The notes: generated by a model from the sequence alone, not told the origin. A stretch of 64,000 nt of DNA from Anolis carolinensis (GCF_035594765.1 NC_085842.1:9175256-9239255), one strand, 5' to 3'; positions 26,511-40,006 are shown, counted from the stretch's first letter. Translations and numbers: made by a program.

Positions 26511-26980
26511 GGGCCGGGCTGTGGCGCAGCTGGGTAGTAACCAGCTGCTATAAATCACTACTGACCGAGAGGCCATGAGTCCGAAGCCCGGGTCGGGTTA
26601 AGCCTCCGACCATAAAAAAAAAAAATAGCCCTGGCTTGCTGTTGACCTAGCAGCCCCGAAAGACAGTTGCATCTGTCAAGTAGGGAAAATTTAGGGACGC
26701 TTTATGCGGGAGGCTAATTTAACTAATCTACAACACCATAAAACTGCTCACGAGGAAAAGAAGAGGAAGAACAGCCACCAATGGACGGTGAAGCAACAGC
26801 TCCCCCTGTGGCCGGAAATCGTGAAGCTGGAAAGATGTTAAAAAATGCCTCTGTGTCTGTCTAAAACTGAATGTTGTTTGTCTGTTGGCATTGAATGTTT
26901 GCCATATATGTGTTCATTGTAATCCGCCCTGAGTCCCCTTCGGGGTGAGAAAGAAGGGCGGAATATAAATACTGTAAATA
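26511..26980 (+). mobile_element. Sauria-type SINE, unit 1 only
   Basis: gggccgggctgtggcgcagctgg head and taatccgccctgagtcccc...gtaaata tail; empty site caaaggaagatg at ~60355. Confidence 0.8.
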
Positions 26981-27299
26981 AAGGAAGATGACCACGGCAG
27001 GATCTGTTGAGTAAAATATTATTAATAGTATACAGTTACATTTTGTACTATTTTTGAACTCTTTATTCAAGAGACTTTGAATAACTGACCTATCAACACT
27101 CTTTGATTAGAATATAGAAGGTGGCAAGCCTCGTTAATTAGATATTTTAGAGCGACACATATATAGAAACACATATTTGTGTAGTGTTTAAAGAAGAAAA
27201 GATGAAAATCTAACATAGTGAATTATCATCCAGACAATCCTAATTGACTAACCAATGGAGCGGATATTTGGGATCCATCTGGCAGTCGTGATGATGAGA

Positions 27300-28330
27300 T
27301 GAAATGCCTGCAAAGAACGGGAAGAGGAGGCGGGAAGGAGGCCGGATCTCCTGGGAAGGCCAGAAGGTCCTGAGGAGAAGAGGGCGTTCGCTTCTGTCTC
27401 CGAGGCCCTGTGGATCTCCCCAACCCCGAGGCCATGTCTCTCATCCCGGGGCCTGGGCTGAAGAGAGGGACGTGAAGCCAAAACCAAGGCCAGGCCTCTC
27501 TCCCCCCCCCCCGCCCCCCCGGGGAGATTCTGCCCGGAGACGGATGACGTCAGGGAGGGAGGCGGATTCCCATTGGCGGACCCTGGGCGTTGGGAAGAAA
27601 AGAAAGGAGGAGCGTCTCTCTCTGTCTAGAGCTCCGTTCGACGGCCGAGAAGCCCCGCCCCTCTCTGGGCATCGTGCCCGCGGCTGCCATGTTGAGCCCG
27701 GGCGGAAGTCCACCGAGGAGGGAGGCGTCTTCCTAGAGAGACTCAGGACGAGAGGCGCCTTTTCCTGTCAGAGCGAGCGCGGGAGGGAGAGGAAGGAGGA
27801 AGCGGAGGAGGAGGAGGAGGAGGAGGGGTGAGTGTGCGTGTGTGTGTTGGGGGGGGGGGGGCTGAGTGGGTCCCCGAGTCTCCCCCCGCGCCCCCCTCCG
27901 GCCTTGGCCTGCCTGGCCCTTCGCCTCAAGGCCTCCCTTCCGGCCTCCCTTCCTGGCCCGGCCTTCCTGCCTCCCCCCCCCGCCCATCTCCATCTCCACG
28001 CAGAGGCGCCTCCCGCTCCTTGGCCTGGCCCCCCCTTCCCCGCTTCACCCGGCGCTTCCTCGGGCAGCCTGCCTGCGATGAGGAGCGGGCCAGGAGAGTC
28101 CGGCCCAGGGCGAGTCTGCCCGGAGACGGGTGACGCGGAGAGACGAGGCCGATTCCCATTGGCCGATTCCTGGAGTGACCGTTAACGGCAGAAGGGTGCA
28201 GCGGGGGGCGGGGCGGGGGCGTTCCTGCCCGGAGACCGATGACGCCAGAGAGGAAGGCGGATTCTCATTGGGCGTTGGGAGGAAAGGAAACAAGGGGCGT
28301 GTCTGCCCATTTTCCGCCGGGAATTAAAAA
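27300..28330. promoter_or_regulatory. CpG island, probable bidirectional promoter for B1 (-) and A2 (+)
   Basis: Very GC- and CpG-rich. Contains GC boxes, YY1-like GCTGCCATGTT (~27683), ETS CGGAAGT (~27703), three CRE+CCAAT modules and a + strand donor GG|GTGAGT at 27828. Confidence 0.75.
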
Positions 28331-28660
28331 CACGGATGTTCCAGAGCGCGTTTGAATGAACAGGCCCAATACAGCTGGCATTAGAATGCTTCTCTCTGTT
28401 TTAAGGGCATACGGCACTTTATCACTCATTTCCATGACACAGCACTTTATGAAACCTGTCCCTGCTGGTTGTTTTTAATTCTATGATTTTATTGCTTGGA
28501 TTTTAATGTATTTATTATTTATTTTGTGAATCGTTGGAATGTTTTTGGTCAAATGTCTTGTGTTGTTGTTTTCGGGCTTGTCCCTGTTGTAAGCCACCCC
28601 GGGTCCCTTTGGGGAGATGGGGCGGGATATAAAAATAAAGTTTATTATTATTATTTATAT
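28300..28660 (+). mobile_element. L2 LINE 3' end, same family as 176-590
   Basis: LPIFRRELKT..FQSAFE* followed by the 3'UTR and a (TTA)n tail that abuts the start of unit 2. Confidence 0.75.
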
Positions 28661-28864
28661 TATAACAGATTTCATATGCAATAGGGTAACAGTGTAAATC
28701 AATGTTTCTCAACCAGGGGGTCGGGACCCCTGGGTAGGTCACGAAGGGGATGTCAGAGGTGTTGTCAAAGACCATCAGAAATACATATTTCTGATGGTCT
28801 TAGGAACCCCTTTGGCAGTCCTTGTGAATGTGATCAACAAATTCTCTGGTTAATTGGGGACCAT

Positions 28865-30548
28865 TTTATTTATTTATTTATTTATTTTATTAGACTTGTA
28901 TACCGCTACTCCCAGTTTGGCTCGGAGCGGTTTACAGAAATAGATTAAAACAATACACTTAGCTTTAAATAAACAATAACAACAATAAAAACAACAATAA
29001 AAACAGACATAGCCCCGAGTTTTTCACCCATCGAAAGCTTGTTGGAAGAGCAAGGTTTTGCAGGCTTTCCGAAAGGCAAGTAGGTCTCGGATAGTTCGAG
29101 TTTCAACTGGCAAGGCATTCCATAAATGAGGGGCTACAATCAAGAAGGCATTCTTCCTAGTAGAAGACAAATGATAAGTCCGTATGTTAGGGATTTCAAG
29201 CAAATTTTGGTCTTCGGACCGAAGTAATCTCTGGGGTTGGTAGGGGGATAAGCGGGCCCTCAGGTACGCCGGCCCTAAACCATGTAAGGCCTTAAAGGTT
29301 AGTACCAGTATCTTGAAAGTAATCCGGTACTCAATCGGTAGCCAGTGCAGCTGTTGTGGAATTGGGGTGATACGCCACCTCACCGGCACCCTGGCGAGAA
29401 GACGAGCTGCCGCATTTTGCACCAGCTTCAGTTTCCGGATCACTGACATAGGAAGGCCAATGTAGAGGGCGTTACAGTAGCCGAGCCTCAAGATGACCGT
29501 CGCCTGGATCACCGTAGCCAGGTCGTTCCTAGATAGGTAGGGAGCCAGTCGCCTAGCCTGACGTAGATGGAAAAACGCAGATCTGCTCACAGCAGAGACC
29601 TGGGCCTCCATTGTGAGCAGAGGGTCCAATAAGACACCAAGACTTTTTACAGAAGATGACGGACGTAGTGTCTCGCCATCCAGGGTAGGCAGCTGCATCT
29701 CCCCCCCACCCGGACGGCCCAGCCAAAGGATCTCCGTCTTCGCTGGATTCACCCTCAACCTGCTGGCACGCAATCATCCAGTAACGGCCTCAAGGCACTG
29801 ATGGAAACTATCGGGTACGGAGTCCGGCTGGCCCTCCATCCTCAGAATGAGCTGAGTGTCATCAGCGTACTGGTGGCACTCGAGCCCAAAGCTCCACACC
29901 AGTCGGGCAAGCGGTCGCAAATAGATGTTAAATAATAGAGGAGAGAGAATAGCTCCCTGTGGGACCCCACAAGTTAGTGGAGACCACGCGGAAACCATCC
30001 CTCCCCTCACCACCCGCTGTCCCTGATTCTGGAGGAAGGAGGACACCCATTTAAGGGGTATCTCCCTAACCCCCATCATGGCTAGGCGATGGGTCAATAG
30101 ATTGTGATTGACCGTATCAAATGCTGCTGTGAGATCCAATAACACGAGCAGCGCTGATCCGCCTTGATCCCTTTGGCAGCGAAGCTGATCTGTGATGGCA
30201 ACTAGCACAGTCTCCGTCCCGTGCCCCCTACGGAAGCCGGACTGGAAGGGATCAAGTCCGGCTGTGCGATTGAGGAACTGCTGCAACTGTTCTGCTGCTG
30301 CCCTCTCAACCACCTTGCCCAGAAACGGAAGATTCGAGACTGGGCGGTAGCTAGAGGAAACCGAACGATCTAAGTCTGGTTTCTTCAGCAGCGGAGAGAC
30401 CATCGCCTCTTTTAAACCCTCTGGAAAAACTCCTCAAGGGAGCTATTTATTATATTCAACAGAGGTTCACGTAATCCCTCCAGGCAAGATTTTACTAGCC
30501 AGGAGGGACACGGATCGAGGGAGCAGGTGGTCGGCCTAGTTGCAGTCA
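28865..30548 (-). mobile_element. L2 LINE, 5'-truncated (duplicate of 2188-3868)
   Basis: RT ORFs 29774-30403 (YADD) and 29024-29773. Confidence 0.9.
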
Positions 30549-31801
30549 TCTGGTGGCACAAGCTATACCTGGTACTACCCAGATGACAGTCAGAAGCATC
30601 ATCTTTAGCACATAATTTTAGTTCGAGCCACAACATTGTCTCCTGTGCAAAAGCAAACTTTTGCCTTTATTTTTCCTTCATTTACAATGTAATGTCTTCC
30701 TGTCCTTGTTGCCTTTCTATGAATCCGCTGCAGTTTGCCAATGTCCTTTCTAAAATGGACTGAACTGAGCAGAACTGGGCAGGAATCATGATGTCTCCCA
30801 CCCAAGGGTGCTGTTGGAGTGCAGAAGGATCTGGAGGGCAGCAGGATTCCCACTCACCCTGGGGGTCTATCCATCTGTCTCCTCTATACCGCCTTCTCTC
30901 ATGTACTGCTGCTAGGCTGAGTGCCTTGGCTCTGGCTGAAGTTACATACCTTTGTGGTATAGGTTTTGTAAGAATGCAGTATGTCAAGGAACTTTGTGGC
31001 CTAATGTGCTCTCAGTGTCTCCAGGCGCCTTGCTTTAGAAACGTGGGGCAGGGATCACGCTGCAGGGAAAGAGAGGATCAGGAAAATATCTTTTTCCCGA
31101 GTTGGGAGAAATCTACACAAGAAAATGAAGTATTTTTCTCCCAAGACTGATCACTTGGGATAGTCTGTCCATACAGATGGCCACTCAGATTTTGAGTGGA
31201 GATGTGAAGAAGCGGGATCTAGGTAGGAAATGCTTTGCATCGTTAGCCCCTTTCCGTGTTGACCATATTATTAGAGGCCTTCCTTTACCAAGGTTGGATT
31301 AGACACAGGATCTTAGGCCGCTATCCCCTTTGCAGGGATTGTTCTTTGTTGGGCAAGTGTTAAAGTGCTTCTCAGCAGGCAACGGGCTCTTACCAGTTGG
31401 GCCAGTCTTTCTCCCCTCTTCCCCTGTGATTGCTACAGCACTAGGCTATTGTTCTTCATGTTCAATGAGATCTTTCTGTACTCTGCTCCTGATAAGATTT
31501 TCCTCTTATTCATCTCGCAGGTAACCTCTAAACGAACCTTATGAAGAAAACATTGCCCTTTGCCTTACGTCTGAAAGGAAAGTACGCAGGATTAACAAGA
31601 ACAAGAAATAAATTGGAGAAATTATATTTCAAGCTACATACCTTTGAATGTAAGGAAAGGAAGGATTGTGCTGTAAAAAGAGGGGTTGGTAAAGAGAAAA
31701 TAAGGCTACAGCAATACAGAGACTGGGAAGAGGAAATGTCCTATTCAGGAGTCCATATCTGTGAACTTCAGGCATAATATTAGAATAATAAATGTTAAAA
31801 A

Positions 31802-33784
31802 ATGGAAACTTCATTGTCAAAATCACACACAGGGGAGAAGCGACATAATTGTAAGGACTGTGGGAAATGTTTCATTAGGAGAAGTTCTCTTGCTAAACAT
31901 CAACTAACTCACACAGGAGAGAAGCCATATAAATGTGTGGAATGTGGAAAGAGCTTCAGTCAGAGTGGAAATCTACACACCCATCAAAGGACTCACACAG
32001 GGGAGAAGCCACATACATGCATGGAATGTGGAAAGAGCTTCAGTCAGAGTGGAGATCTACGCACCCATCAAAGGACTCACACAGGGGAGAAGCCACATAC
32101 ATGCATGGAATGTGGAAAGAGCTTCAGTCAGAGTGGACATCTGCGTATCCATCAAAGGATGCACACAGGAGAGAAGCCACATAAATGCATGGAATGTGGA
32201 AAGAGCTTCTGTCAGAGTGGAGATCTGCGTATCCATCAAAGGATACACACAGGAGAGAAGCCACATACATGCATGGAATGTGGAAAGAGCTTCAGTCAGA
32301 GTGGAGATCTACGCACCCATCAAAGGATCCACACAGGGGAGAAGCCACATAAATGCATGGAATGTGGAAAGAGATTCAGTAAGAGTGGAAATCTACGCAC
32401 CCATCAAAGGATCCACACAGGGGAGAAGCCACATACATGCAGGGAATGTGGAAAGAGATTCAGTGAGAGTGGACATCTGTGTATCCATCAAAGGATGCAC
32501 ACAGGAGAGAGGCCACATACATGCATGGAATGTGGAAAGAGATTCAGTCAGAGTGGAGATCTACGCACCCATCAAAGGATCCACACAGGGGAGAAGCCAC
32601 ATACATGCATGGAATGTGGAAAGAGCTTCAGTAAGAGTGGACATCTGCGTATCCATCAAAGGATACACACAGGAGAGAAGCCACATAAATGCATGGAATG
32701 TGGAAAGAGCTTCAGTGAGAGTGGAGATCTACGCACCCATCAAAGGATCCACACAGGGGAGAAGCCACATACATGCATGGAATGTGGAAAGAGCTTCAGT
32801 AAGAGTGGACATCTGCGTATCCATCAAAGGATACACACAGGAGAGAAGCCACATACATGCATGGAATGTGGAAAGAGCTTCAGTCAGAGTGGAGATCTAC
32901 GCACCCATCAAAGGATCCACACAGGGGAGAAGCCACATACATGCATGGAATGTGGAAAGAGCTTCAGTAAGAGTGGACATCTGCGTATCCATCAAAGGAT
33001 ACACACAGGAGAGAAGCCACATACATGCATGGAATGTGGAAAGAGCTTCAGTCAGAGTGGAGATCTACGCACCCATCAAAGGATCCACACAGGGGAGAAG
33101 CCACATAAATGCATGGAATGTGGAAAGAGCTTCAGTCAGAGTGGAAATCTACGCACCCATCAAAGGACTCACACAGGAGAGAAGCCACATACATGCATGG
33201 AATGTGGAAAGAGCTTCAGTCAGAGTGGAGATCTACGCACCCATCAAAGGATACACACAGGAGAGAAGCCACATACATGCATGGAATGTGGAAAGAGCTT
33301 CAGTCAGAGTGGAAATCTACGCACCCATCAAAGGACTCACACAGGGGAGAAGCCACATAAATGCATGGAATGTGGAAAGAGCTTCAGTCAGAGTGGAGAT
33401 CTACGCACCCATCAAAGGATTCACACAGGAGAGAAGCCACATAAATGCATGGAATGTGGAAACAGCTTCAGTGAGAGTGGACATCTGCGTATCCATCAAA
33501 GGACTCACACAGGGGAGAAGCCACATACATGCATGGAATGTGGAAAGAGCTTCAGTCAGAGTGGAAATCTACACACCCATCAAAGGACTCACACAGGGGA
33601 GAAGCCACATAAATGCATGGAATGTGGAAAGAGCTTCAGTCAGAGTGGAAGTCTACGCACCCATCAAAGGATGCACACAGGAGAGAAGCCACATACATGC
33701 ATGGAATGTGGAAAGAACTTCAGTAACAGTTCGAATCTTCGTACCCATCAAAAGATTCACACAGGAGAGAAGCCACATAAATAG
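31802..33784 (+). CDS. Gene A2: C2H2 zinc-finger-only protein, 660 aa, 23 tandem fingers
   Basis: Uninterrupted C2H2 array with all zinc ligands intact and a Kozak ATG. Acceptor at 31520 is followed by stops in all three frames. Confidence 0.85.
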   Translation: METSLSKSHTGEKRHNCKDCGKCFIRRSSLAKHQLTHTGEKPYKCVECGKSFSQSGNLHTHQRTHTGEKPHTCMECGKSFSQSGDLRTHQRTHTGEKPHTCMECGKSFSQSGHLRIHQRMHTGEKPHKCMECGKSFCQSGDLRIHQRIHTGEKPHTCMECGKSFSQSGDLRTHQRIHTGEKPHKCMECGKRFSKSGNLRTHQRIHTGEKPHTCRECGKRFSESGHLCIHQRMHTGERPHTCMECGKRFSQSGDLRTHQRIHTGEKPHTCMECGKSFSKSGHLRIHQRIHTGEKPHKCMECGKSFSESGDLRTHQRIHTGEKPHTCMECGKSFSKSGHLRIHQRIHTGEKPHTCMECGKSFSQSGDLRTHQRIHTGEKPHTCMECGKSFSKSGHLRIHQRIHTGEKPHTCMECGKSFSQSGDLRTHQRIHTGEKPHKCMECGKSFSQSGNLRTHQRTHTGEKPHTCMECGKSFSQSGDLRTHQRIHTGEKPHTCMECGKSFSQSGNLRTHQRTHTGEKPHKCMECGKSFSQSGDLRTHQRIHTGEKPHKCMECGNSFSESGHLRIHQRTHTGEKPHTCMECGKSFSQSGNLHTHQRTHTGEKPHKCMECGKSFSQSGSLRTHQRMHTGEKPHTCMECGKNFSNSSNLRTHQKIHTGEKPHK

Positions 33785-33877
33785 GACAAGTGCAAAGAAG
33801 CAGAATGGTTGTCCAAAGAACTTCTAACGACTATGACTCAAAAGAGACATGAACAGGAAGTGGAAGGGGAAGAAATC

Positions 33878-34410
33878 ATATAACCATAGAGTTGGAAGAG
33901 ACCTCATGGGCCATCTAGTCCAACCCCCTGCCATGAAGCAGGAAATTGCATTCAAAGCACCCCGGACAGATGGCCATCCAGCCTCTGCTTAAAAGCCTCC
34001 ACAGAAGGTTCCACAGCTGAACTGCTCTCACAGTGAGGAACTTCTTCCTTATGTTCAGGTGGAATCCCCTTTCCTGTAGTTTGAAGCCATTATTCTGCAT
34101 CCTAGTTTGCAGAGCAGCAGACAACAAGTTTGCTCCCTCCTCCTTATGGGATTTTGGCCTGCATAAATAGGGGCAGAGTGTCTAGATCCAGGGAAGTCAT
34201 GCTCCCCCTCTATTCTGCCTTGGTCAGACCACTTTACCTGGAATCACACTGTGTCTAATTCTGGGCACTGCAATTGAAAGGAGACGTTGAAAAGCTGGAA
34301 GGTGTCCAGAGGAGGGCGACTAAAATGATCAAGGGTCTGGAGAACAAGCCCCATGGGGAGCGGCTTAAAGACCTGGGCATCTTTAGCCTGCAGAAGAGTA
34401 GGCTGAGACA
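33878..34410. mobile_element. CR1 fragments (33878-34147 minus 3' end; ~34148-34410 plus internal piece)
   Basis: Both match the ORF2 C-terminus or 3'UTR of the CR1 at 42240-47367. Confidence 0.8.
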
Positions 34411-37400
34411 AGAATGAATAAATGCATGTACAAGTATATATGAAAATATCAATCTGGGTTTGTAAAAGGAAGGCAAATGTCACGTTTGATAGGAAGAGTA
34501 TTAAACAAAATATGTCTGTCTCAAGAGAGGAAGTTAAAAGTGGGGATACTAGCATTAGATATATTTAATGCTTTGATTGTGTAGCATGGCAGATAATAAG
34601 TGAGATTATGAATTAATTTGGAATGGGAAGTAGAATAAAAGGATGATTAGAACCATTTTATTTGCTATGGTGATAGAATTATGTGCAAACGCCATCCAAA
34701 AAGGTAAGAATGTAGAAGGTGTAGGAATAAAGGAAAAGCAGAAGGTGAGCTTATTTGCTGATGACACATTGTTATTGATTAAATATCTGGGTAGGTCAAA
34801 TGGATAGGAGAGAGGATCATTGAAAGATATTTGGGAAAACAGTGGGTTTATATTATACAAAGAAAGAAGAAAAAAACTTTATAGAACAGAGCCATACGGG
34901 AATTAGAATCAAGAACAAATTAATATACCTGGGAGTAAGTATAACAAAGGACTTAAAAGAAATAGAAGAGGTAAATGTAGTAGCATTGAGGAAAATAGTT
35001 CAAAAAAATTAATACACATCTATCTTGTTTGGAAAGACAGCAATACTAAAAATGAAAATGCTTCTGAGGATAAACTTTATACTTACATATACCTTATATT
35101 TATAATGCCATTTCAGATTACAGAAGAAGAGGTGAATACATTATTTCTTTGCAACATTTCTACCCCACCTTTCTCCACCCCAAAGGAGACTCATTTGGAC
35201 AAATGATAAATACTGTAATGGCAGTCAAAGAAATTGCCGAAACAAGTTACAGAACAGATCTCAAAAAGAAGAAGGATTAGCGCTTCCTCATATGAAAAAA
35301 TATTATAAAGCAAACAGACTGAGATTGGTTATACAAGGAATGATGAAAAGGAGGATGTAGAATAGTTAATAATGGATTCAGGAAAAGTGGAGGAAGAAAT
35401 TCGTAATATGTTTTAAAATAGTTTATGAGAAAAAAAATAAGGTAAACTGGGAACCCAATGTTGAGTAATGCATTAGAAATATGGAACAAATACAGGAGAA
35501 AGTTAATAACAGATGGCTCAATAATAACCCCAATTATAATGGAAAAGACATTTCCAAAAAATAAAAAATATATATGATGGATAAAAAAATTAAGGGGAAA
35601 AACTTAGATAAAATAGGGGATTGACCAAAGGTTGGAATGAAGAAAGAAAAGATTAGGAACATAAAAATTTGAAAGGAATATCCAGTAAAATTTCTAAAAT
35701 ATTAATTGAAAAAAACAAAGGAAAAGTAAAGAATAACACAGAGGGGTTATAATTATGGGCACAAAGACACTTGAAAAATATATCCATATGTGTTAAAGAA
35801 AATTATTATTTAGTTGATATGGAAATGGTACCTCACACCCATAAGAATAGGAAATATAAATAAAAACTACTCAAACAATTGCTGGAGAGGATGCCAAGAA
35901 TCGGGAACATACATACATATGTGGTGGCAGTGTCAATATATAAATAATTTCTGGGGAAAAGTATTAAGAGAGATAGACACAATGAACATTCAAATAGAAA
36001 GAAGTCTTAGCATGGCTTTATTCTCATTATATAATAATAAACAGTTGGAAAAAGAGGACAAAGATGCGATAACAAACGCATTAACAATTGCAAGACTGCT
36101 TATAGCAAGGAATTGGAAAAGGGAAATAAATATAGAGATAGAAGAATGGTATAAGGAAGTATGGAAACTGGGAAGAAATGATAGGTTGACGTGGAGAGGG
36201 ATTTAGAAACAAAGTGGTTGTGATGATGTCTGGAGAAAATGTATTGGAAGAGGATTCAATAAGAAAAACGGAATTACCTCCTCAAGAGGGAATGAAAAGG
36301 AATTTTGGACAGATGATAAATAAAAAAAGTGACTTGGGGGAGGGTAAGAAATCTGTATAAGCGTGAAAATAACAGTAGATGCCAAATGTTAATGTATTGT
36401 AGATTGTACTGAATATAATGTGGCTGCTGTAAAAGGATGTACGATTTTTTTTAAAAAAAAATTAATAAATGTATTTGTAATTTGTATAAATATGCATTTG
36501 TTTTTCTTTCTTGTATTTGAATATAAATTATTTTTAAAAACAGATTATGATGTAGCAGCTATAAAAGCCAATGTGATTCCAGGCTGTCCCGATAGGAGGA
36601 TTCTGTCTATATCCAAGGAAGTCACGGCCTCCTTTCTTCCGCTTTGGTCAGACTCACCTGGAATGACCCTGTCTCCAGGTCTCGGTCCCACAATTCAAGA
36701 CGGATATTGACAGGTCAGAATATCTCCAGAGACGGGATGTAGAGAAGGGCGGAGAGAGACAGCTGGGTATGTTTCACTTGGAGGAAAGAAGGAAGGGCTT
36801 CTCCCTCGGCAGGAAGGAAATGTTGGATCCCAAAAGGGTTGGCCGTGGTCAGGATGAGAGGTGGACGGAGAGGAAAGGCGTGTCCATGAGACCCCGTGTT
36901 GCCTCCTCCTGGAATGGACTCCTAGGACCCTAGAGCCGGAAGAGACCCCCAAGGGCCACCCCGTCCTGCCCCTGCCATGCAGGAAGGCACAATCAAAGCA
37001 CTCCAGGTAGATAGCAACTGCAGAGAAGCCTCCAGAGAAGGAGACTCCACCACACTCTGAGGCAGCCTAGGCCACTCTCCAACAGCCCTTACTCATTCTT
37101 ATTGTGTATCTTTGTATATTAAGAGAAGACCTGTAAATAGTTATAAGTAGTGAATAAATCAAGAATAAAACCTCCAAGGACTTTGGATGAAAGTCAGAAC
37201 TCAAGAGTGTTTATTCAAAGAGACGAACTAGTTTACAAGGCCAGAGGCTGTGAAACTGTGACCAGGACTCTGCAGTGTTTTGGGGGTTGGAATCCACTCC
37301 TTGCCTATGAGACAGTCTGTCCCATTGTATAGCTGGAGGAGGCCGTGAGAGGACTGAATTCACCTGCCTGTCTAGCAGGGGTGTTGTGTGTGTTTTACTC

Positions 37401-38109
37401 CGCTTCTCCTTTCCTTCCATCACTCATTAACACTGACTAGTTGTGCAGGCCTCACCTACACAACAGAAAGCATTTCCTGAAGGTAAGAGCTGTTCAGTAG
37501 TGGAGTCTGCTCCTATCGGGAGGAAGAGGAGATGTGTGTTCTTTCGCCATGAAACCACTGATCCCGTGGGTCTGGAGTCCAGCCCCATTCTCTCCAAGCA
37601 GCGTCACCATCCAGACCATCCTCTGCAGGTCGCTCTCCAGCCCCTTTTTGGGGTCATCCAGAGAGAGGAACCCGCACTTCTCTAGGCCCTTGCCTTCTTA
37701 CCCAAATCAGAGATTCACAGAATAGTATATTTGGAAGAGACCACGAGGGCCATCTAGTCCAACCCCCTTCTGCCAGGCAGGAAAAGCAGAATCCCTTGCC
37801 AGAATCCCCGCAGGGTTCAATACTGTCTCCCACGCTGTGTAACATCTACATGAAGCCGTTGGGAGAGATCATCTGAAGTTTTGGAGTTCAATGTCATCTG
37901 TACGCAGAGGTCTTCCTTGTCAGTCGCAAGGCCAAACAGGGCACAGGGTCACAGCCTGTGTTGGATGGGTTACCTGTCCAAACGTCTCTCCCCTTATGAA
38001 CCATCTCGGAGTCTAAGACCGTCTGGAGAGGCCCTGCTCTCAATCCCGCCCTCTTCGCTGGCATGATTGGCAGGGATGAGAGACAGGGCCTTCCTTCTCG
38101 GTAGTGGAA

Positions 38110-39390
38110 AGGATGGGAAGAGAAGAGAAAAAGGAAGGAAGGGCAAGAGAAAAGAAGACAAAGGAAGGGAAGGAAGGAAGGGGAAGAGAAAATAAGGCAA
38201 AGGAAAATATGGGAAGAGAAGAGAAAAAGGAAGGAAGGACAAGAGAAAAGAAGACAAAGGAAGGGAAGGAAGGAAGGGGAAGAGAAAATAAGGCAAAGGA
38301 AAATATGGGAAGAGAAGAGAAAAAGGAAGGAAGGGCAAGAGAAAAGAAGACAAGGGAAGGGAAAGGAAGGAAGGAAGGGGAAGAGAAAATAAGGCAAAAG
38401 AAAATATGGGAAGAGAAGAGAAAAAGGAAGGAAGGACAAGAGAAAAGAAGACAAAGGAAGAGAAGGGAAGGAAGGAAGAGGAAGAGAAAATAAGGCAAAG
38501 GAAAATATGGGAAGAGAAGAGAAAAAGGAAGGAAGGACAAGAGAAAAGAAGACAAAGGAAGAGAAGGGAAGGAAGGAAGGAAGGACAAGAGAAAAGAAGA
38601 CAAAGGAATATATGGGAAGAGAAGAGAAAAAGGAAGGAAGGACAAGAGAAAAGAAGACAAGGGAAGGGAAGGGAAGGAAGGAAGAGGAAGAGAAAATAAG
38701 GCAAAGGAAAATATGGGAAGAGAAGAGAAAAAGGAAGGAAGGACAAGAGAAAAGAAGACAAAGGAAGAGAAGGGAAGGAAGGAAGAGGAAGAGAAAATAA
38801 GGCAAAGGAAAATATGGGAAGAGAAGAGAAAAAGGAAGGAAGGACAAGAGAAAAGAAGACAAAGGAAGAGAAGGGAAGGAAGGAAGGAAGGACAAGAGAA
38901 AAGAAGACAAAGGAATATATGGGAAGAGAAGAGAAAAAGGAAGGAAGGACAAGAGAAAAGAAGACAAGGGAAGGGAAGGGAAGGAAGGAAGAGGAAGAGA
39001 AAATAAGGCAAAGGAAAATATGGGAAGAGAAGAGAAAAGGGAAGAAAGGGCAAAAGAAAAGAAGACAAAGGAAGGGAAGGGAAGGAAGGAAGGGGAAGAG
39101 AAAATAAGGCAAAGGAAAATATGGGAAGAGAAGAGAAAAAGGAAGGAAGGACAAGAGAAAAGAAGACAAAGGAAGGGAAGGAAGGAAGGGGAAGAGAAAA
39201 TAAGGCAAAGGAAAATATGGGAAGAGAAGAGAAAAAGGAAGGAAGGGCAAGAGAAAAGAAGACAAAGGAAGAGAAGGGAAGGAAGGAAGGGGAAGAGAAA
39301 AAGGAAGGGCAAGGGAAAAGAGGGTAAAGGGAAGGAAGGGAAGAGAAAAAGGAAGGGCAAGAAAAAAGAAAGCAAAGGAAGGGAAGGTTA
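38110..39390 (+). repeat. Expanded polypurine tandem repeat (~12 units of ~100 bp)
   Basis: Same unit as 11600-12600, with a ~307-bp higher-order repetition visible as identical ORFs at 38406/38713. Confidence 0.92.
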
Positions 39391-39710
39391 GAAGGCAGAC
39401 CCTGTATTTTAGTTCTTGTGAACCACTGGTAGTTCGTGGACCACTGGTTGAGAGCCACTGTCTGAAAGGGAAGGGGCTAACTCTGGATCCCTCCCATAAC
39501 GGCTATTTACAATATGCAAACTAACCACTCCCGACTAAAGAGGAAAACAGAGGATGTTTCTGTAGGGGCACAACGTTCACAAACTTGACATTTGCAACCA
39601 AGGTGGAAATGGAGCTGGAAACTAAGCCCAAAGGAACAAGTGATGGAATTACATATGGTTTATTTCTTTTCAGATGAGGTGACATGACAATCATATTTAA
39701 CCCTCTGAAG

Positions 39711-39845
39711 CAGTGGTCCTCAAGCTGTGGGTCCCCGGGTGTTTTGGCCTACAACTCCCAGAAATCCCAGCCAGTTTACCAGCTGTTAGGCTTTATGGAA
39801 GTTGAAGGCCAAAACATCTGGGGACCCACAGGTTGAGAACCACTG
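39711..39845. mobile_element. hAT MITE (paralog of 13259-13393)
   Basis: Same TIRs; TSD CTCTGAAG / CTCTGAGG. Confidence 0.88.
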
Positions 39846-40006
39846 CTCTGAGGGATTGTCAAACAGAGCTTGCTTTCTGCTATTCCAGAGAACAGGACCT
39901 CCAACTTAGGGATTCAAATGACAAGAACGGGACTCCACCAAATCTGACGCAGAACTTCTCAAAGGGTCCTGTTTGAAATCAGACATTTTCCCACAATGGC
40001 TGTTTT

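Noticed and set aside
27304-28327. GC-rich ORFs in the CpG islands (also 61558-63113)
   Set aside because: Low-complexity, stop-poor sequence with no domain; not conserved between the two islands, and some span the N gap.
31802-33784. CRISPR-like repeat/spacer appearance of the 84-bp arrays
   Set aside because: These are coding C2H2 repeats in a vertebrate genome, with no unique spacers and no cas genes.
37894-39458. 400-500 aa F/L/S/P-rich or K/R/E-rich ORFs (also 11391-12788)
   Set aside because: Artefacts of the polypurine tandem repeat.
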